Source: Escherichia coli (GTDB lineage: Bacteria; Pseudomonadota; Gammaproteobacteria; Enterobacterales; Enterobacteriaceae). Taken from it: DNA of 698 bases. Both the position numbers and the translations under genes were made by a program. The notes beneath the pieces are model-generated. The model ran no database searches. It was given only the letters and a program-made list of their open reading frames with translations, and had not been told where the DNA came from. Positions 1-698 of this stretch are shown here, piece by piece. The stretch lies in the NCBI RefSeq assembly GCF_003334785.1, contig NZ_QOWV01000075.1, one strand, 5' to 3'. Within the stretch, counting starts at the first letter, position 1; every line of letters begins with the position of its first letter.

Positions 1-1
1 T

Positions 2-667
2 CACCCGGAGCAACACCTCCGCCCCTTCCGGGGTATCCTGCAGGCGGATGCGTTCACAGGTTACGACAGGTTGTTCAGTGCAGAACGTGAAGGTGGTGCA
101 CTGACAGAAGTTGCGTGCTGGGCCCATGCCCGGCGAAAAATCCACGATGTATACATCAGCAGCAAAAGTGCGACGGCAGAAGAAGCCCTGAAGCGAATCA
201 GTGAACTGTACGCCATCGAGGATGAAATACGGGGATTACCGGAGTCAGAGCGTCTTGCCGTCAGGCAGCAGCGAAGCAAAGTGTTACTGACGTCGCTGCA
301 TGAATGGATGGTGGAGAAGAATGGTACGCTGTCGAAAAAATCCAGACTGGGCGAAGCGTTCAGCTATGTACTGAATCAGTGGGATGCCCTCTGTTATTAC
401 AGTGATGACGGTCTGGCGGAGGCGGATAATAATGCTGCGGAAAGAGCGCTTCGTGCAGTCTGTCTCGGAAAGAAAAACTTTATGTTCTTTGGCAGCGATC
501 ACGGCGGCGAGCGTGGAGCACTGTTGTACGGGCTGATCGGCACCTGCCGTCTGAACGGTATCGATCCGGAAGCGTATCTGCGCCATATCCTGAGCGTACT
601 GCCGGAATGGCCTTCCAACCGAGTTGATGAACTCCTGCCATGGAACGTAGTACTCACCAATAAATAA
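2..667 (+). CDS. IS66-family transposase (TnpC/Orf3-like), C-terminal ~221 aa; 5'-partial, true start lies upstream of the window
   Basis: The frame of nt 2 has no stop from 2 to 664 and ends at TAA 665-667. Translating 2-70 gives HPEQHLRPFRGILQADAFTGYDR, which runs straight into the track ORF 71..667. Recognised IS66 transposase motifs are GILQADAFTGYD, ACWAHARRK (nt 113-139), DNNAAERALR and the C-terminal tail GIDPEAYLRHILSVLPEWP...LLPWN. The track's start at 71 is a TTG inside the longer open frame, with no convincing Shine-Dalgarno at the right spacing, so it is not the real start. Confidence 0.9.
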   Translation, partial: HPEQHLRPFRGILQADAFTGYDRLFSAEREGGALTEVACWAHARRKIHDVYISSKSATAEEALKRISELYAIEDEIRGLPESERLAVRQQRSKVLLTSLHEWMVEKNGTLSKKSRLGEAFSYVLNQWDALCYYSDDGLAEADNNAAERALRAVCLGKKNFMFFGSDHGGERGALLYGLIGTCRLNGIDPEAYLRHILSVLPEWPSNRVDELLPWNVVLTNK

Positions 668-696
668 GCGTCAATACGGTGCTCCGTTGACGCTTA
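665..696. repeat. Perfect 10-bp inverted repeat (potential stem-loop) spanning the transposase stop codon and the IS terminus
   Basis: TAAGCGTCAA at 665-674 is the exact reverse complement of TTGACGCTTA at 687-696, separated by a 12-nt spacer (TACGGTGCTCCG) that contains a nested 3-bp CGG/CCG mini-palindrome. No U-tract follows (the window ends ...CC), so it is not a canonical intrinsic terminator. Confidence 0.8.
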
Positions 697-697
697 C
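668..697. repeat. Putative right terminal inverted repeat (IRR) of the IS66-family element
   Basis: Read from the right end inward, the reverse complement of 668-697 is GTAAGCGTCAACGGAGCACCGTATTGACGC, starting with the GTAAGCG/GTAA signature I recall for IS66-family termini. It sits immediately downstream of the transposase stop, which is the usual position. The exact extent is uncertain without the left end. Confidence 0.55.
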
Positions 698-698
698 C

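Larger units (their letters stand above)
1..697 (+). mobile_element. IS66-family insertion sequence, right-end (3') portion; partial, continues upstream of the window
   Basis: Contains the C-terminal part of an IS66-type transposase, followed 30 bp later by a terminus whose reverse complement begins GTAAGCG, as is typical of IS66-family ends. The element boundary at 697 is inferred from that motif, not from a direct comparison with a left end. Confidence 0.85.

Noticed and set aside
61-279. Antisense ORF of 72 aa on the minus strand
   Set aside because: Same reasoning: it is fully embedded antisense to the transposase, its composition is low-complexity and Ser/Arg/Ala-rich as expected from reverse-frame translation, and it carries no independent signals.
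284-586. Antisense ORF of 100 aa on the minus strand
   Set aside because: It lies entirely inside the well-supported transposase CDS on the opposite strand and has no motif I recognise. Long antisense open frames are common opposite real genes, so this is most likely a shadow ORF.
71-667. Taking TTG at 71 as the true start of a 198-aa protein
   Set aside because: The frame is open upstream to nt 2 and encodes conserved IS66 transposase sequence. The AGG at 68-70 directly abuts the TTG, which is too close to serve as a Shine-Dalgarno.
665-698. Calling the hairpin a Rho-independent terminator
   Set aside because: The stem is only moderately GC-rich (4 of 10 bp) and no U-tract follows it within the window. 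The structure is better explained as part of the IS terminal repeat architecture.
1-698. A novel or previously undescribed biological system in this window
   Set aside because: Everything in the window is accounted for by a conventional IS66-family transposase 3' end and its terminal repeat. There is no unexplained coding capacity, repeat array or non-coding structure.

Overview
The window is the 3' portion of an IS66-family insertion sequence. A single + strand reading frame is open from the window's 5' edge (frame of nt 2) to a TAA stop at 665-667, and it encodes the C-terminal ~221 aa of an IS66-family transposase (TnpC/Orf3-like). I recognise this from the motifs GILQADAFTGYD, ACWAHARRK (the family's 'CwAH-rR' signature), DNNAAERALR and the characteristic C-terminal tail GIDPEAYLRHILSVLPEWP...LLPWN. 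The 30 bp after the stop end in ...CGCTTAC at 691-697, which is the reverse complement of GTAAGCG, so this looks like the right terminal inverted repeat, with the IS/flank junction at about 697/698. A perfect 10-bp inverted repeat (665-674 / 687-696) spans the stop codon and the terminus. The two antisense ORFs on the track are most likely shadow ORFs. I see no evidence of a novel biological system here; this is an ordinary mobile-element end. All homology statements come from memory of the protein family, not from a database search.
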